A stretch of 64,000 bases of DNA from Schmidtea polychroa. Taxonomy: Eukaryota. The translations under genes were made by a program, and so were the position numbers. Of the stretch, positions 25,196 through 37,254 are shown in pieces (the stretch's first letter is position 1; every line of letters starts with the position of its first letter). The DNA lies in the NCBI GenBank assembly GCA_044892525.1, contig CM097888.1, positions 51,026,001 to 51,090,000 on the forward strand, given 5' to 3'. The notes below the pieces were generated by a model. It ran no database searches and was not told the origin of the DNA. It saw only the letters and a list, made by a program, of their open reading frames with translations.

Positions 25196-26148
25196 ATCAA
25201 GGCTTTTATTAATTTCTATAAATTTGTTTGCAATTGTTGAAAGTCGAATTACAATCAGTTTTAGAATTGTTTAAGAATTTACGAAAATTTCAAAATAATT
25301 TTAAATGTAAGTATTTCATTTTGATATTTTTATTTATTATTTCTTGTTAACTCATTAATATCAATTGTAAATAAGTAAATATTTTAATTGTGTTGATTTG
25401 TAAGGTTTTGCTTTTTAATTAGAATAACTATACCAGTTGAGTAAAAAAAAATTTGCTGAATTAACAACCAATCGTTATATGTATTTGAAATAATATTTAA
25501 TTACATAATTATACTCATATTCATGTCAATTTAGATTTTTAAATTGTTAATAAATTTAATAAAAATATTACATATAATTTATTACGTAACCAATTTTACA
25601 AAACTTTCGAATTATAATAATTATTTATTTAAAAATCTAAACAAATGCAAATTTCTAGGGATTTTTTAATTTTAATTTTTAATCATTAATGTAATGGAAA
25701 TTTTGGTTTGAGCTTGATTATATATCAATTAATTGTTTGTGAATTTTTCACAACCAAACTATTATTAATTAAAAAAAATCAATTTATAATTAAATGAAAT
25801 TAAAATAAAATATAAATAAATTTCAAGGTCAAACTAATAAATGAAAATTCCATAACAATAATAATTGGTACATTTTTCATTTTGAGATATTTAAAGTTTT
25901 GCATTTTATTAAATAATGAAAAATAATGTTATAGTTAAATTTATATGTACAATCCATGAGGATATTATGCTATATTGTTTTTTATTATAATTAAATTTTA
26001 AAAATTGAACCTAAAACCCCTCATATAATAACAAAAAATAATTTTCTTTCTATATTAATAATAAATTATGTCATGAAAATTATATTATATTATATATATG
26101 TCCTCAATCCGTTTGAATATTAAATGGTTATACTCTTATAAATTTAGA

Positions 26149-26374
26149 ATGGGTGAAACTGCTCCACCTTATACTCAGCAACCCCGAATGCAATTTACAA
26201 GTCCAATTTATCAACAGCAGCCTCCGGTTATTCAATGTATTACAATTTACAAATTTAAGTCATAATCATAGGTGAGAAACAACCAAACAGTTATTATTCA
26301 ACAATCTATGATTCAAAGTGGAGGACGAGAGTGGAGTTCTTCATGTTGTTCGTGTTTTGACGACATGGAGTCAT
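26149..26374 (+). CDS. PLAC8/cornifelin-like gene, first two exons (26149-26236, 26291-26374); later exons not found
   Basis: MGETAPPYTQQP...QQQPPVIQ|FIIQQSMIQSGGREWSSSCCSCFDDMES|C gives a Q/P-rich N-terminus followed by the WSxxxCxCFDD motif of the PLAC8 family; 54-nt intron. Confidence 0.65.
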
Positions 26375-27366
26375 GTAAGGAATTCCATTTTTACAAATAA
26401 CATTGATGATTTGTTGGAGGATTCGGCTCCAAATTACAATACAAATGATTGAATAAACATAAATAATTTATACCAAAGATCAAGTAATACGGCTAGTCAC
26501 GCTACCGGCCTTAAAATGAAGCCATAACTCAAATATTAAATGGCAACAAATAAATAGATTAGAAATAATAATTTAATTACAATAACTGAAGTAATTTATT
26601 CCAATTCTTACATTTGTTTTAATTTTACTGCAATTGTTTAGTTCTAAATAACAACGTGTTTATTCTTTATATTTTCTTTATATTTTTTATTTTTACAAAA
26701 CTTTAAATTTTAGATTTTAAAATAATTTTTATGGTTTTTAACATTTTTTCCATAATATTTAAATTCTGATATATCGACAGTCCCTTTAACACCGGTTATT
26801 TAAATAATTAAAATTATATACCGTATTTTAGCGGTCGACTCGATGTTAAAAGTTTAAAACCTGCCAATACAGTTTTCAATATCTTCTTGAGTTATTTATT
26901 TATATGACTGGGATCAGTAGTAGGTCACGAAGTTGACCTCCAGTACCTACTATCAATGAAAAATCTAAACATGTTTAAAATATCGATTATGCAAAACCAC
27001 GAAAACACTTTAAACGGAAATAAAAAATTAGTTGTAATTGATTAAACGGGTGCGTCCTATCCTAATATATTTTTAATTTATATAGCTAAATAAAAGACTG
27101 AAATATTTAAATAAGATGCAGCGTGGGTTTCAAATAAGTAAGTGTATAAAAACACGTGATAGTGACGCACGAAATACGGTAATTCATTAAAATTATATAA
27201 TAATTAATAATCAATTATAATTAATAATCAATTATAATTAAAACAATTATATATAAATTTTAAATTGAAACAAACATACGTTTTTACAAAATGACTAATA
27301 AATTAAAAAAATTATTTTTAATCATGATAAAACATTTCCAAATTGAAATTCCAATGTTTTTTGAAA

Positions 27367-27471
27367 GTGAATCCTAAATGTGTACTACAATGACTGTACT
27401 ACAAAGACTGTACTACAATGACTACAATACTACTACAGTGACAGTCATTGTAGTACACATTTAAGATTCAC
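27367..27471. repeat. 105-bp foldback mini-element
   Basis: 31-bp inverted arms (27367-27397 and 27441-27471, one mismatch) enclose ACTACA tandem subrepeats. Confidence 0.8.
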
Positions 27472-27669
27472 AGTACAAGGGGATTAATATTATTATCTAA
27501 TATAATAATTGCCTTGGTATGTATGTATGTATGTGTGTCTGGTTAGACATGCAAGCTTGCAATTCAAAAGCACAATTCAAACAGATGGGCCTAATTACAG
27601 TGTAATGTATTTATTCTATTCTCTTTCATTCTATAATTTGTGACCCGGTTATTGTAAGTTAATATATAA

Positions 27670-28891
27670 CAGGGTCTGCAATCCCGTCTTATTTTTCAAT
27701 CACAGGATTTCAGGATTACATTATCGAGATCCCGGGATTGGAATTGGACTATTATCATAGTTTAAATTACTTAATAAAGATGAAAACATAAATAAAAATT
27801 GGTTTAATATTAATATTTATTTATACAAAACAAATAAGAAATAATACATGATGAAAATAAAATAATATCCTTTGTTTCATGTGTTTCTTGAAATAGTCCA
27901 AACGTCCAACGTCGCAACGTTCAAACGACTTCTTATTTTTGTTACAAATTGGCCTGCCGAAGAAAATGCTCGTTCAGACTCTACACTAGTAGGCTTTATC
28001 GTCATTAAAAAGGAGTATGTTTTTTCCAGCTAGTCACCACGTATCCCACTGTTTTCAAACAAAGACATTTCTTTTTGAATTTTTGATGACAGTGACTCAA
28101 ATATAATTGGCTGCATTGGCTCATATACCTCTTTAATAACTTTTTTCTAGTTCTTCTGCTACACTCAATGGATTTTGTTCACAAATTTATTCGGTTATTT
28201 AATAAGGTTTCGAATTAACTTCAAGTGCTATTTCAGTTGAAATAGAAGATCCAGTTAAATGTGCGGCGATAAATACAGTGGGATTCGAAGGATTTTGTCT
28301 ATTAAGCAACTCCGTTATTAATGCACAGCATCTATTTGAAGAAGGAACTGAGAAAAACTTTTCCTGGGATATTGCTTATACCACTGTGTAAGTACTGCAG
28401 TAACCCACTTAGATTTGTGCGGCGTTCTTCCATATGAAGAATGAGGGCTTCACATAATTTTTTACTTATAGCACTATTTGCATTTCTAAGCTTCCTTATC
28501 ATAAAATATTTGGCTATATCTGCTGTAAACAGATTGGTATCTCGGCGATAGAGGTCTTCAACAGTTTCTTTTACTAGTACAATAGATGTAATTACATCAA
28601 ATAACAATTGGATATCATCGCGAGATAAATCTAGTGATGTATCTGTATTTTTATGCAATCTTTCAGTAAATAGAAACGTTCCACCATTAGCAAAAGACTG
28701 CTCCACATAGTCTTGCAGTCTTTTAATAAGACAATATCCTTACCAAATTCTGTTCGAACATATTGTTGTAATAAATCATTCTTTGTTGAATATTTTAATG
28801 ATTTTTCGCACCTTTTTATCAGTGGACCAATACCTTATCAAATTACCGGAAGTTTGTTTCCTCTGAAAATACGTCATTTCAAACAACCAAT
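27670..28891 (-). pseudogene. hAT transposon remnant, interrupted at its upper end by the Gypsy insertion
   Basis: LLKDCKTMWSSLLLMVERF (~28700) and IKPTSVESERAFSSAGQFVTKIRSRL (~27950); terminus CAGGGTCTGCAATCCCG at 27670. Confidence 0.85.
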
Positions 28892-29131
28892 ATTGTTATT
28901 AGGAGGTTCATCCTGTAAAACATTAAAATCAGTTTTTGTTTCCATAAATTTTATTTCAATAAATATCAAAATCAAATTATAACTTCTTTAATCTTTCTTA
29001 TTTAAACAAATTTTCTACGAAGATATTTTTAATTAAAATATCTTCTTATTTTGTTTTTTTAAAAATTAATCTAAACTTTAATTTTTAAAATTTTCAATTT
29101 AAAAATTTCTTCATCATAAAACTTCCTCATA

Positions 29132-29142
29132 TCCCCCTTCTT
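29132..29142 (-). promoter_or_regulatory. Polypurine tract
   Basis: AAGAAGGGGGA immediately precedes the 3' LTR. Confidence 0.9.
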
Positions 29143-32100
29143 AAGAAATCTTTAAGTTTTTCCACATTTCTTTCGATCCTTTTTCCATCTTCATTTCTTA
29201 AGATGTATCGTCTGTCATGCACTTTCTTTATCACTTTGTACGGACCTTCATACCTGTCCTGGCCTTTGTGGCGTGTTTCTACTTTTACTAATACTTCTCC
29301 TACATTGAATTTTCTCCTTGTTTGTTCTTCTAGTTCTTCCTTTATCGGTATTTCTTTGGACCCGTACCATTTTTCCTTGCTAATCTTTTTTCCAAAAACT
29401 ATCTCTGCTGGGCTTTTCCCTGTCGTTTTTTGTTTGGTTGCATTTAAAGTGAATTCGACTTCTGGTAATATCTCTGCCCAATCCGTCTTCTTTCTATCCT
29501 GTAAAGTAGCATTTATCAAATCCCGTATTGTCCTGAATTGTCTTTCTATCTGACCGTTTGTTTGTGATGGTATGGACTCGAAAAACATAATTTAATATCT
29601 AGCATCTTTGTGAATTCTCTCATCATTCCTGATTCAAACGCCTTTCCGCAATCAACTCTTATCTCCTTTGGGCATCCAAATCTTAAAATCCACTTTTCTA
29701 AAATCGTTTTCTTTATTGTTTCTTCGCCTTGTTTTGTTATCGCTGTCAAGACTTGATACTTACTATACTGATCTATTATGCTTAATATATACTTCTTACG
29801 TCCTTTTGTTTCTGCCAACGGTCCACATATATCCACGAATATAATTTCGAACATTTCCTTCGAATCTTGCCTTTTTACTTGTTCTTTCGTTGTTATTGTT
29901 AAAGCCTTGGTTTTTTGACAAATCTCACAACTTCGAACAATCTCCTGAATCTTACTCCACAGGGGTTTTCCAACATATCTATCTTTCATATAATCGGCTA
30001 TCTTCTCGACTCCAGCATGACACAATAGTCTATGTATTTCCTTTGTTGTTTCTTGTAACTCATTTTCAGGTATCATCGTTTTCTTTCGTACTTCTTCTAC
30101 AATTCCATGTTGGATGTTGCTTCTTCCCTCTTCTCTGATCGAGTCTAGTAATCTTGTTTTTATCTTTCCTTTCTTAGCTTCTTCGTGGGCCATTTGACAT
30201 TGAACACACGTGTCACATTTAGTTCTCGACACCATGTCTGCATTTTGGTGATTAATACCCTTTCTGTATTCTACTCTTATATCTAAACTGCTCAAATAAT
30301 TGATCCATGTTTGGAATTGTGAAGTAATCGACTTCTTGGTTGTCATCATAAACGTGATTGCCTTGTGGTCTGTCCTGAGCGTGAATCTTCTTTCGTAGAG
30401 ATAGTGCTTAAAATGAATGCAAAAATAATATACCGCCAATAGTTCCTTTCTTGTAATACAATATCCTTTCTCGTGGCTCGTCATCGAGTGTGATCCATAC
30501 GCAATTACTCTTTCCTTTCCATCTTTATCTCTTTGTGAAAGTACTGCTCCAATGGTATCGAAACTAGCGTCGGTATCTAAAATGAACTCCTTTTCAGATC
30601 CGGAAAACATAAGATTGGCGCCGTCGTGAGTGCTAATTTCAATCCCTCAAACACGCTATTCGTTCCTTCACTCCATTCTAATTTTTTGTTACTTGGTCCG
30701 CTACATAATTGTTCTAACATCCTTGCCTTCTTTGCATAATCACTGATGAATCTTCTATAATAATTGCAAATACCTAAAAAGCTTCGGAGTTTCTTTACGC
30801 AATTAGGCTTCCCAAAGTTCTGTATGGCCTGAATTTTAGATGGATCTGTCTGTACTCCTTCCTTGCTGATTATGTGTCCTAAGAATCTGATTTCTTCCTT
30901 TATTATTTGGCATTTTTCTGGATTAATCCTTATGCCTGCTTCCTCAATCGCCTTTAACACTTCTCCGAGTATTGTATAGTGTTTCTCTTTACTGCTGGAA
31001 TAAATCAAGATGTCGTCCAAATACACCATTGCTCCCTTTATTTTGCCTAATACTTTTGTCATCATTTCTTGGAACGTACCGTGGTGCTGCTGCAATTCCA
31101 AACGGCATTCTGTTGAAACAATATTGTCCGTTCTTTGTTGAGAAAGCTGTTTTCTCCTGTGATTCTTCTTCTAGTTCCACTTGGTAATATGCATTACCTA
31201 GATCGATTGAGCTGAAAAAGACGGATCCTCCTAACAAATCTAACATCTCGTCTATGTTTGGCATTGGAAATGCCTGCCTCTCTGTTACCGCGTTCAGCTG
31301 TCTAAAGTCCAAGCATAGTCTAATATCCTTTTTCTCTTTTTTCCATACACATATTAGCGGTGTATTCCATGGAGAGTTACATTTCCGTATAATTCCATTT
31401 TCGTACAAATTTTGTATTGCTTCTTCAATCTTTGATTCCAAATTTAGTGGCTGGCGATATGATTTTATGTTTATCGGCTCACCTCTTGTAACTATCTTGT
31501 GTTTTACCAAATGTGTGCGACCCACATCCCATTTATCTGCCATAAACACGTTTCCACTGTTTGTTATAATTTCCTTTAATTTGCTATCTTCATTGATCTT
31601 TAACTGTTCCAACGCTCGTATCAATCGTTCTTCATCCTTTATTTTTCTGCCAAATTTTGCTTCAATGTTACAAATATAGTTCTTGTCTTTTTCACTAGCC
31701 TCGATATCTTTAATTTTTAACAGTCTAAATCCAAATGTTTCTTGTAATTCGATTCCTCCAATCACGTCTGGTGTCACTTTCTCCGCCACAATGAATATAA
31801 CTTCCTTCGAAACATTTCCAATGGTTACTTGCACCTTCGTTTTTCATATTGTCTCGATCGTACTCTCGTTTGCGCAACGTAACTTATCGTCACTTTTCGT
31901 CAATTGTTGTCCTCGTAGCTTGTTGAAACAGTTCACACTCATTACATTGATTCTTGCCCCAGTGTCTAATAAACAGTCGAAATTTTCCCCATTCATCCTT
32001 ACTGTTATACTAGGCCTTCCTTGCATTCTGTTATACAAAATTTCAACAACCTGCTCCGTTTCAATGGTTCCAATTCTTTCCACTTCCTCTTCAAACATTT

Positions 32101-32190
32101 CTCTCTTTAGGAACCTGTATACTTTCTCGCTTACCCTTCCAACATTCTCCCACTTTTCTGCCCCTTGAGGATATCCCATCAAATTTTCTG

Positions 32191-33237
32191 TTAGAATATG
32201 GCTCCAACCAACTCCTCTACTGGTGAAGCCCTGTTGTTTGGGTACGTCTTCCTAAAATTATCTTCATTTGTCTCTACACACGATTCCCTTTCTTCTTCTT
32301 CCTCGATACCATTTATCCGACTGTATCTGTTTCCCGTGAATCTTTGTCTCTCCGTCGCTCTCCCGTACCTCATCTTTGTATAACACTCCTCGGATCTATG
32401 ACCATTTCTGCTACATCTTTCACAACGTATTTCCTGACACAATCTTCTTAAATGACCTTCTTTCCCACACCCAAAACATCTTGGAGCTTTTTTATCTGGA
32501 CAGTTTCTACTTATATGTCCGCTTCTATGACATGTCCAGCATTCTATTTTACCTTTTATTGGACAATCAATTTTCGTGTGTCCTATTTTGTGGCATAACC
32601 AGCATTCTGGCATTTCTCTTCGGATACTTTCTTCTCTCTGTTCTTTCTTCTTGTATTGTACTCTTCCCTGTGGTTCCTGATAGACCACTCTGGCGTAACT
32701 TTTCATACTGTTTATCTGCTCTCTTTGCTTGTCTACTTTGTCCATCAGAGTTAGTGTTTCCTTTATTTCTTCTGTGCTTTTTATCTTCCGTAGTATCACT
32801 TCTTTCTCAACTTCTTTATTCTCCGCACATACTATTAACATCCTTGCTGTTAATTTCTCTTTGGTAAATTCTTTATTTTCGAACAACCTATCAACAAGGT
32901 CCTCCACCTTTTTAAAATACGTTTCTATTTCTTCACCCTTCCGCTTGTAATTCAACAAGTTTTGTAGATCCTTTAAAACATCTCTTTCACGATCGAATGA
33001 CAATCGCAACCTAGCCTGGAATCCTTCGGCTTTTTTCAGTGTTTTGGCGTACACTTCCAGGAGATCCTCATCAATCATGCAAGATGTTAATCTTTCCGGG
33101 TCTTTCTTCTGCGTGATTCCCTTGGCGTCGAAATAAATTTCGCATCTTTTAATGAACTTTTCCAAATCGTCCCCTTGGCAGAATACCTTTGGTAGCAATC
33201 TTTCGGTGATTGCGTCCGTGTTTACCGCTGCCACCAT
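32191..33237 (-). CDS. gag: Gag with four CCHC zinc knuckles (in-frame upstream ATG also present inside the LTR)
   Basis: CWLCHKIGHTKIDC, CWTCHRSGHISRNC, CFGCGKEGHLRRLC, CERCSRNGHRSEEC; uninterrupted ORF. Confidence 0.9.
   Translation of the reverse strand: MVAAVNTDAITERLLPKVFCQGDDLEKFIKRCEIYFDAKGITQKKDPERLTSCMIDEDLLEVYAKTLKKAEGFQARLRLSFDRERDVLKDLQNLLNYKRKGEEIETYFKKVEDLVDRLFENKEFTKEKLTARMLIVCAENKEVEKEVILRKIKSTEEIKETLTLMDKVDKQREQINSMKSYARVVYQEPQGRVQYKKKEQREESIRREMPECWLCHKIGHTKIDCPIKGKIECWTCHRSGHISRNCPDKKAPRCFGCGKEGHLRRLCQEIRCERCSRNGHRSEECYTKMRYGRATERQRFTGNRYSRINGIEEEEERESCVETNEDNFRKTYPNNRASPVEELVGAIF
32200..32242 (-). promoter_or_regulatory. Putative -1 ribosomal frameshift signal (gag to pol)
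   Basis: Heptamer C CCA AAC in the gag frame (32236-32242), a 5-nt spacer, then stem-loop GGCUUCACCA...UGGUUGGAGCC (32200-32230). The -1 frame is open from here into the protease. Confidence 0.7.
33224..33236 (-). promoter_or_regulatory. Primer-binding site, probably for tRNA-Leu
   Basis: TGGTGGCAGCGGT directly abuts the 5' LTR and is complementary to the ...ACCGCUGCCACCA end of metazoan tRNA-Leu(AAG/TAG) as recalled. Confidence 0.75.
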
Positions 33238-33745
33238 ATTAGGAGGTTCATCCTGTAAAACATTAAAATCAGTTTTTGTTTCCATAAATTTTATTTCAAT
33301 AAATATCAAAATCAAATTATAACTTCTTTAATCTTTCTTATTTAAACAAATTTTCTACGAAGATATTTTTAATTAAAATATCTTCTTATTTTGTTTTTTT
33401 AAAAATTAATCTAAACTTTAATTTTTAAAATTTTCAATTTAAAAATTTCTTCATCATAAAACTTCATAATTGTAATATACGAAACTTCAGCTCATCAAAC
33501 AGGTCACTATATGGGATTAGTTATGGTAATATCACCAATTTTCTTATTTCTCGTATGCTCGTATGCCATCAAGATTGGAAGTTACATTAATGCAAATACC
33601 AGATTCACTTTATACCAAGATGTGGCATTCAAGAAATATATTATATCTATTAGTTAATATTAGTTTCAAATTTTTATAATCATCTTTTTTCAGCTCACTT
33701 TCCAGAGCCTCATTGACTAAATCGAATCTCCTTTTGAGTGACATA

Positions 33746-34475
33746 CCGTATTTCCCCTATAATAAGACCTACTCTGAAAATAAGACCTACCTTGAAAGAT
33801 CTGTTTACTTATTTACATAACGAAAAAAATAGTAATTTTAATTCAAATTAGCCATAAATATATGCTTTAAAGTGTCAAATACTGGCAAATCTGTTAGTTA
33901 TTCAATCCCCAATCCAATGATCATGACCATAATTTTAAAATCACATGTGTCGGTTTTACATGGGTTTTTAGGTATTTTAATACATGTTCTGTTCAGATGT
34001 CTTACATACACCTCCTTCACGTGTAGTTTAGGTTCGAACATATTGAATTGCTCGGGCAATTGCATTTTAGCATATTGTTATAAAATTTATATTTGGTAAA
34101 GCCAAAAATACAAGAGGTTGTATCTTGGATCGCGAAAGCATGGAATGCAATCACGGATACGTCCATTGGTAACACACTAAGAGCAGGATACTTGGATAAA
34201 AATTGCTCGTTTGAAGATAACTATATTGCCAGGCATTCGAGATTTGGACCGATGATCTTAGATGAAATTGAATCACTGATGCGCAATATTGTAACCCCGA
34301 CTGACAGTAATGATGGTGATGTAAATGAGGTGGATGACATGATTATATTTGAATAAATGTCTAGTTTTTAAACGTAATAAATTTGTTTTGAAAATATGAC
34401 CCGAAAATAAGCCCTAGGTAGCTTTTTTTCTGAAAATTTGAAGTAAGACAGCGTCTTATTTTCGGGGAAATACGG
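33746..34475 (+). mobile_element. Internally deleted pogo/Tigger-like element
   Basis: TIRs CCGTATTTCCCC flanked by TA on both sides; ORF 34093-34356 KPKIQEVVSWIAKAWNAI resembles a pogo transposase C-terminus. Confidence 0.8.
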
Positions 34476-35219
34476 TATTTAGTTTTTAAATTTAGATTAA
34501 TAAAATTTACGATTTCTTAGTTTATTCCCCAACATCAACCTCGGACGGAAAAGTTGATAAAGAAATTTCAGGGCAATGTGAAATACTAAAAAACTAATAA
34601 ATTGAAGATAAATATTACGAAATTATGTCAAAGTTGAGTTTTCGGGAATTTTCGTCGAAAATCTTTACGGTCTTTTTTTACTAAATATTTCTGTAAATAA
34701 TTTATTATAGTACGTTTCTTAATTACAACCATTCTACATATCAAAAGAAAAAATAAATATCTATCGATTGGAAATTAATTAAAAATGAGATTTTTCAATT
34801 CTTTCTTTTTATTTAATATTCAACAAAAATGCCTTGCATATTTATAACATTTATTCATTGATATAGTACAAGTTCATCATTCCTCTCCTTTCGTTTCCTA
34901 TAACCCATTTAAGGTACACTTTCACATAGTTGGAACATATAATTTAGGGTCGACATAGGTTAAGAGCCCTGTAATGAGACATGTCCATAAATACTCTCTC
35001 GTAGCACATGAAAATGGTGGGAAAAAATTCACTTTTTGAAAATCGAGTTCAAATGACAGTTCAAACGTAACAAGTAAATATTTTGTTTACAATAACAATT
35101 ATTTTTATTATGTAAAACATTGATCGAGGTGGCTGATAAATATTTTTGATAAATATTTTTAACATAAATAATAAAGAGATTTAGTTATGCAATAATAAAA
35201 AAGATCAAGAATAGTTTTA

Positions 35220-35350
35220 TGAAATATTTAGTAAATATTTTATTGTATTATCTCTACTGTAATTCATAGACTTTATCAGAATCCTTTCACCCTCTGAGTT
35301 CAGGTCCAGTAAAAGCGAGCACCACCTTATAATATCACACCCCCCCCCTT
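35220..35350 (-). mobile_element. PPT plus short (120-bp) LTR remnant
   Basis: G-run PPT (35340-35350) followed by TGTGATATT...AATATTTCA with inverted termini. Confidence 0.5.
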
Positions 35351-36277
35351 CGAACCATTCTCTCAATGTAACGTAAATGTTTTTTATAAAATAGATGAAT
35401 GTTTTTCTTAAGTTCATTTATCTCTAATTTTTACAGTAAGAAATACAACTCAACAGTAGGTAAATATTAGCCCTCTGTAGCATGACCATCCGGTGTACCC
35501 TTCTCCTGATGCAGAGGGATAAAATCTACCTACTCTCATCAATTCATTTGATGAAATACTCCCCATACCGAATCTTCACATCTGATCTGCATCTAACAAT
35601 TTATGAGTAATTTATGGGGTTGCCTTTCTTTCTAATATATTTTCAAGGCCTTGCAAATCAGTGTCATTAATTACTTAATAAACCTTTATTTAATTATCAG
35701 TTTAATGGTTTTGATTATTCTTTTTATTAAGGTTGTTGCGTGCTTTGGGTCTGTCCATGCTATTTATGCTGGTTGTATAACCAATATGGAGAATGTTGCT
35801 GTACCCCATGTGTGGTTCCATGTGCTTCTATGGCATTAAGAATTCAACATCGGAATAGAAATAAAATTCAAGTAATTAATTTTTGATATTTTTATTAGTT
35901 ATTCTAATAATACAATAAATTTAATTAAATTTTAACAGTTGCCCTTTCTGTACAGAATTGAAATTTAAGAAAAACAGAAAAAAAACAAACCTTTTTTTGT
36001 ATTTCGTTTTTTTATTTCATTTCTTTTCACCATTGATTTAATATTTTCAATTTTATTTTCAAAGTTTGCAATCAATGTTTTGCACTTTTATTTAGAAAAA
36101 ATCAATAATGCACTTTCATTTTGATAAAGTTGTCTGGGAACAAAAGGCACCTCTGACTATAGTCAAAAATCTCATTTTAACAGTTTGCACTTAAAAATCC
36201 AAACAAACACATGTAATATATAAAATATTCAAATGAACAGGATCTACACTCGAGAGATCGGTATTTTCGGTGTTTCC

Positions 36278-36460
36278 GAGGGAGGGGCTATGTGTGATAG
36301 CTCATAGTGATCTAGAACGCTTAGAATCCTCAAACAATGTCAATGTCTATTTTGGTAATAATACATACAATTTTATCTTGTTAGTTTTGTTATGTATTTG
36401 TTGGGTTATTATTGTCAGTCGGTAATGACTCTGACTCCACGTACATCTTTATCTCACACA
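36278..36460 (+). mobile_element. PPT plus short (170-bp) LTR remnant
   Basis: GAGGGAGGGG followed by TGTGTGA (36291)...TCACACA (36460). Confidence 0.55.
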
Positions 36461-36919
36461 AAATGTCAAGAAATTGGATTCAAAGTTCTCAATTACACTC
36501 TTTTCGTTCTGCACTCTCAAGAAATTTGAAAGCAGATAAGCCTAAAGGAGACCGTTTTTATCAGATTTAGCAATAAGTTTTCTCTTACTAATTTTATTTA
36601 ACATTGAGCCGATTTCTACGCCTTTTTGTCACGATATCGTAGTTTCCTCTAGCATTTACTTTTATATTATTGTTCCTTCCGCTTAATCGGATAATTGAAT
36701 TAGCCATCGCCCAAAGTTTTGGAAAAGAAAATAATTGAACAAATAATTGACGTCAATAATTGAAAACAAAATAATTGTTCAAAAATCAATTTGTTTCGCT
36801 AATTCATAATCAATCATCTTTATTGATTTTGAAAAGAGGCCTAATTTCATTATCCACTTGTTTCTCATATGGTTCGGGTTTTCCACATAATTAATAAATT
36901 ATTCATTTATTTTTGATTA

Positions 36920-37254
36920 CCGCATTTTTCGGGTCATAAAGCGCACTTAAAATCCTTTCCTTTTCTCAAAAATCGTCAGTGCGCCTTATAATCAGGTGTG
37001 CCTGATCTATGGTTATGCATTCTGACTTTCTAATCTAGAACCGATTTTACACCTAAATCCGGAATATAAAAGTTTCTATAATCTAAAAAAAGATGAAGAA
37101 TTTGATGGATTTTTGGTAGAGGAATAGAAAAGATAAAAAAAAGTCAGTGTATTGTTTTGAATTCTATGTGTATTACACTGAACAATGTTGACAGTTATTG
37201 TGAAAGAGTTGAATAGAGTTGAATAAAGTTTGCCTTATGGTCCGAAAAATACGG
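36920..37254. mobile_element. pogo-type MITE
   Basis: Imperfect ~20-bp TIRs CCG(C/T)ATTTTTCGG..CATAA with TA on both flanks. Confidence 0.75.

Larger units (their letters stand above)
29127..32242 (-). pseudogene. pol: Pol (protease, RT, RNase H, integrase) with one in-frame stop and three frameshifts
   Basis: LLDTGA (PR), CLDFRQLN, RMPFG and YLDD (RT), TDAS (RH), HAGV...CEIC, FVDICG, VDCG and QTNGQIER (IN). TGA at 31844-31846; frameshifts near 31070, 30600 and 29570. Confidence 0.93.
28897..33468 (-). mobile_element. Complete 4572-bp Ty3/Gypsy LTR retrotransposon with a 5-bp TSD
   Basis: LTRs 28897-29131 (235 bp) and 33237-33468 (232 bp) appear identical by eye except a 3-bp indel. TSD ATTGT at 28892-28896 and 33469-33473. 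Domain order gag-PR-RT-RH-IN. Confidence 0.95.

Noticed and set aside
26821-27179. Possible pogo MITE with CCGTATTT ends
   Set aside because: Only 8 bp of TIR identity, too weak to call.
29203-32950. Plus-strand ORFs overlapping gag/pol, and similar shadows over the Zator, VDAC, RT and Polinton genes
   Set aside because: They are antisense shadows of real coding frames with no motifs of their own.
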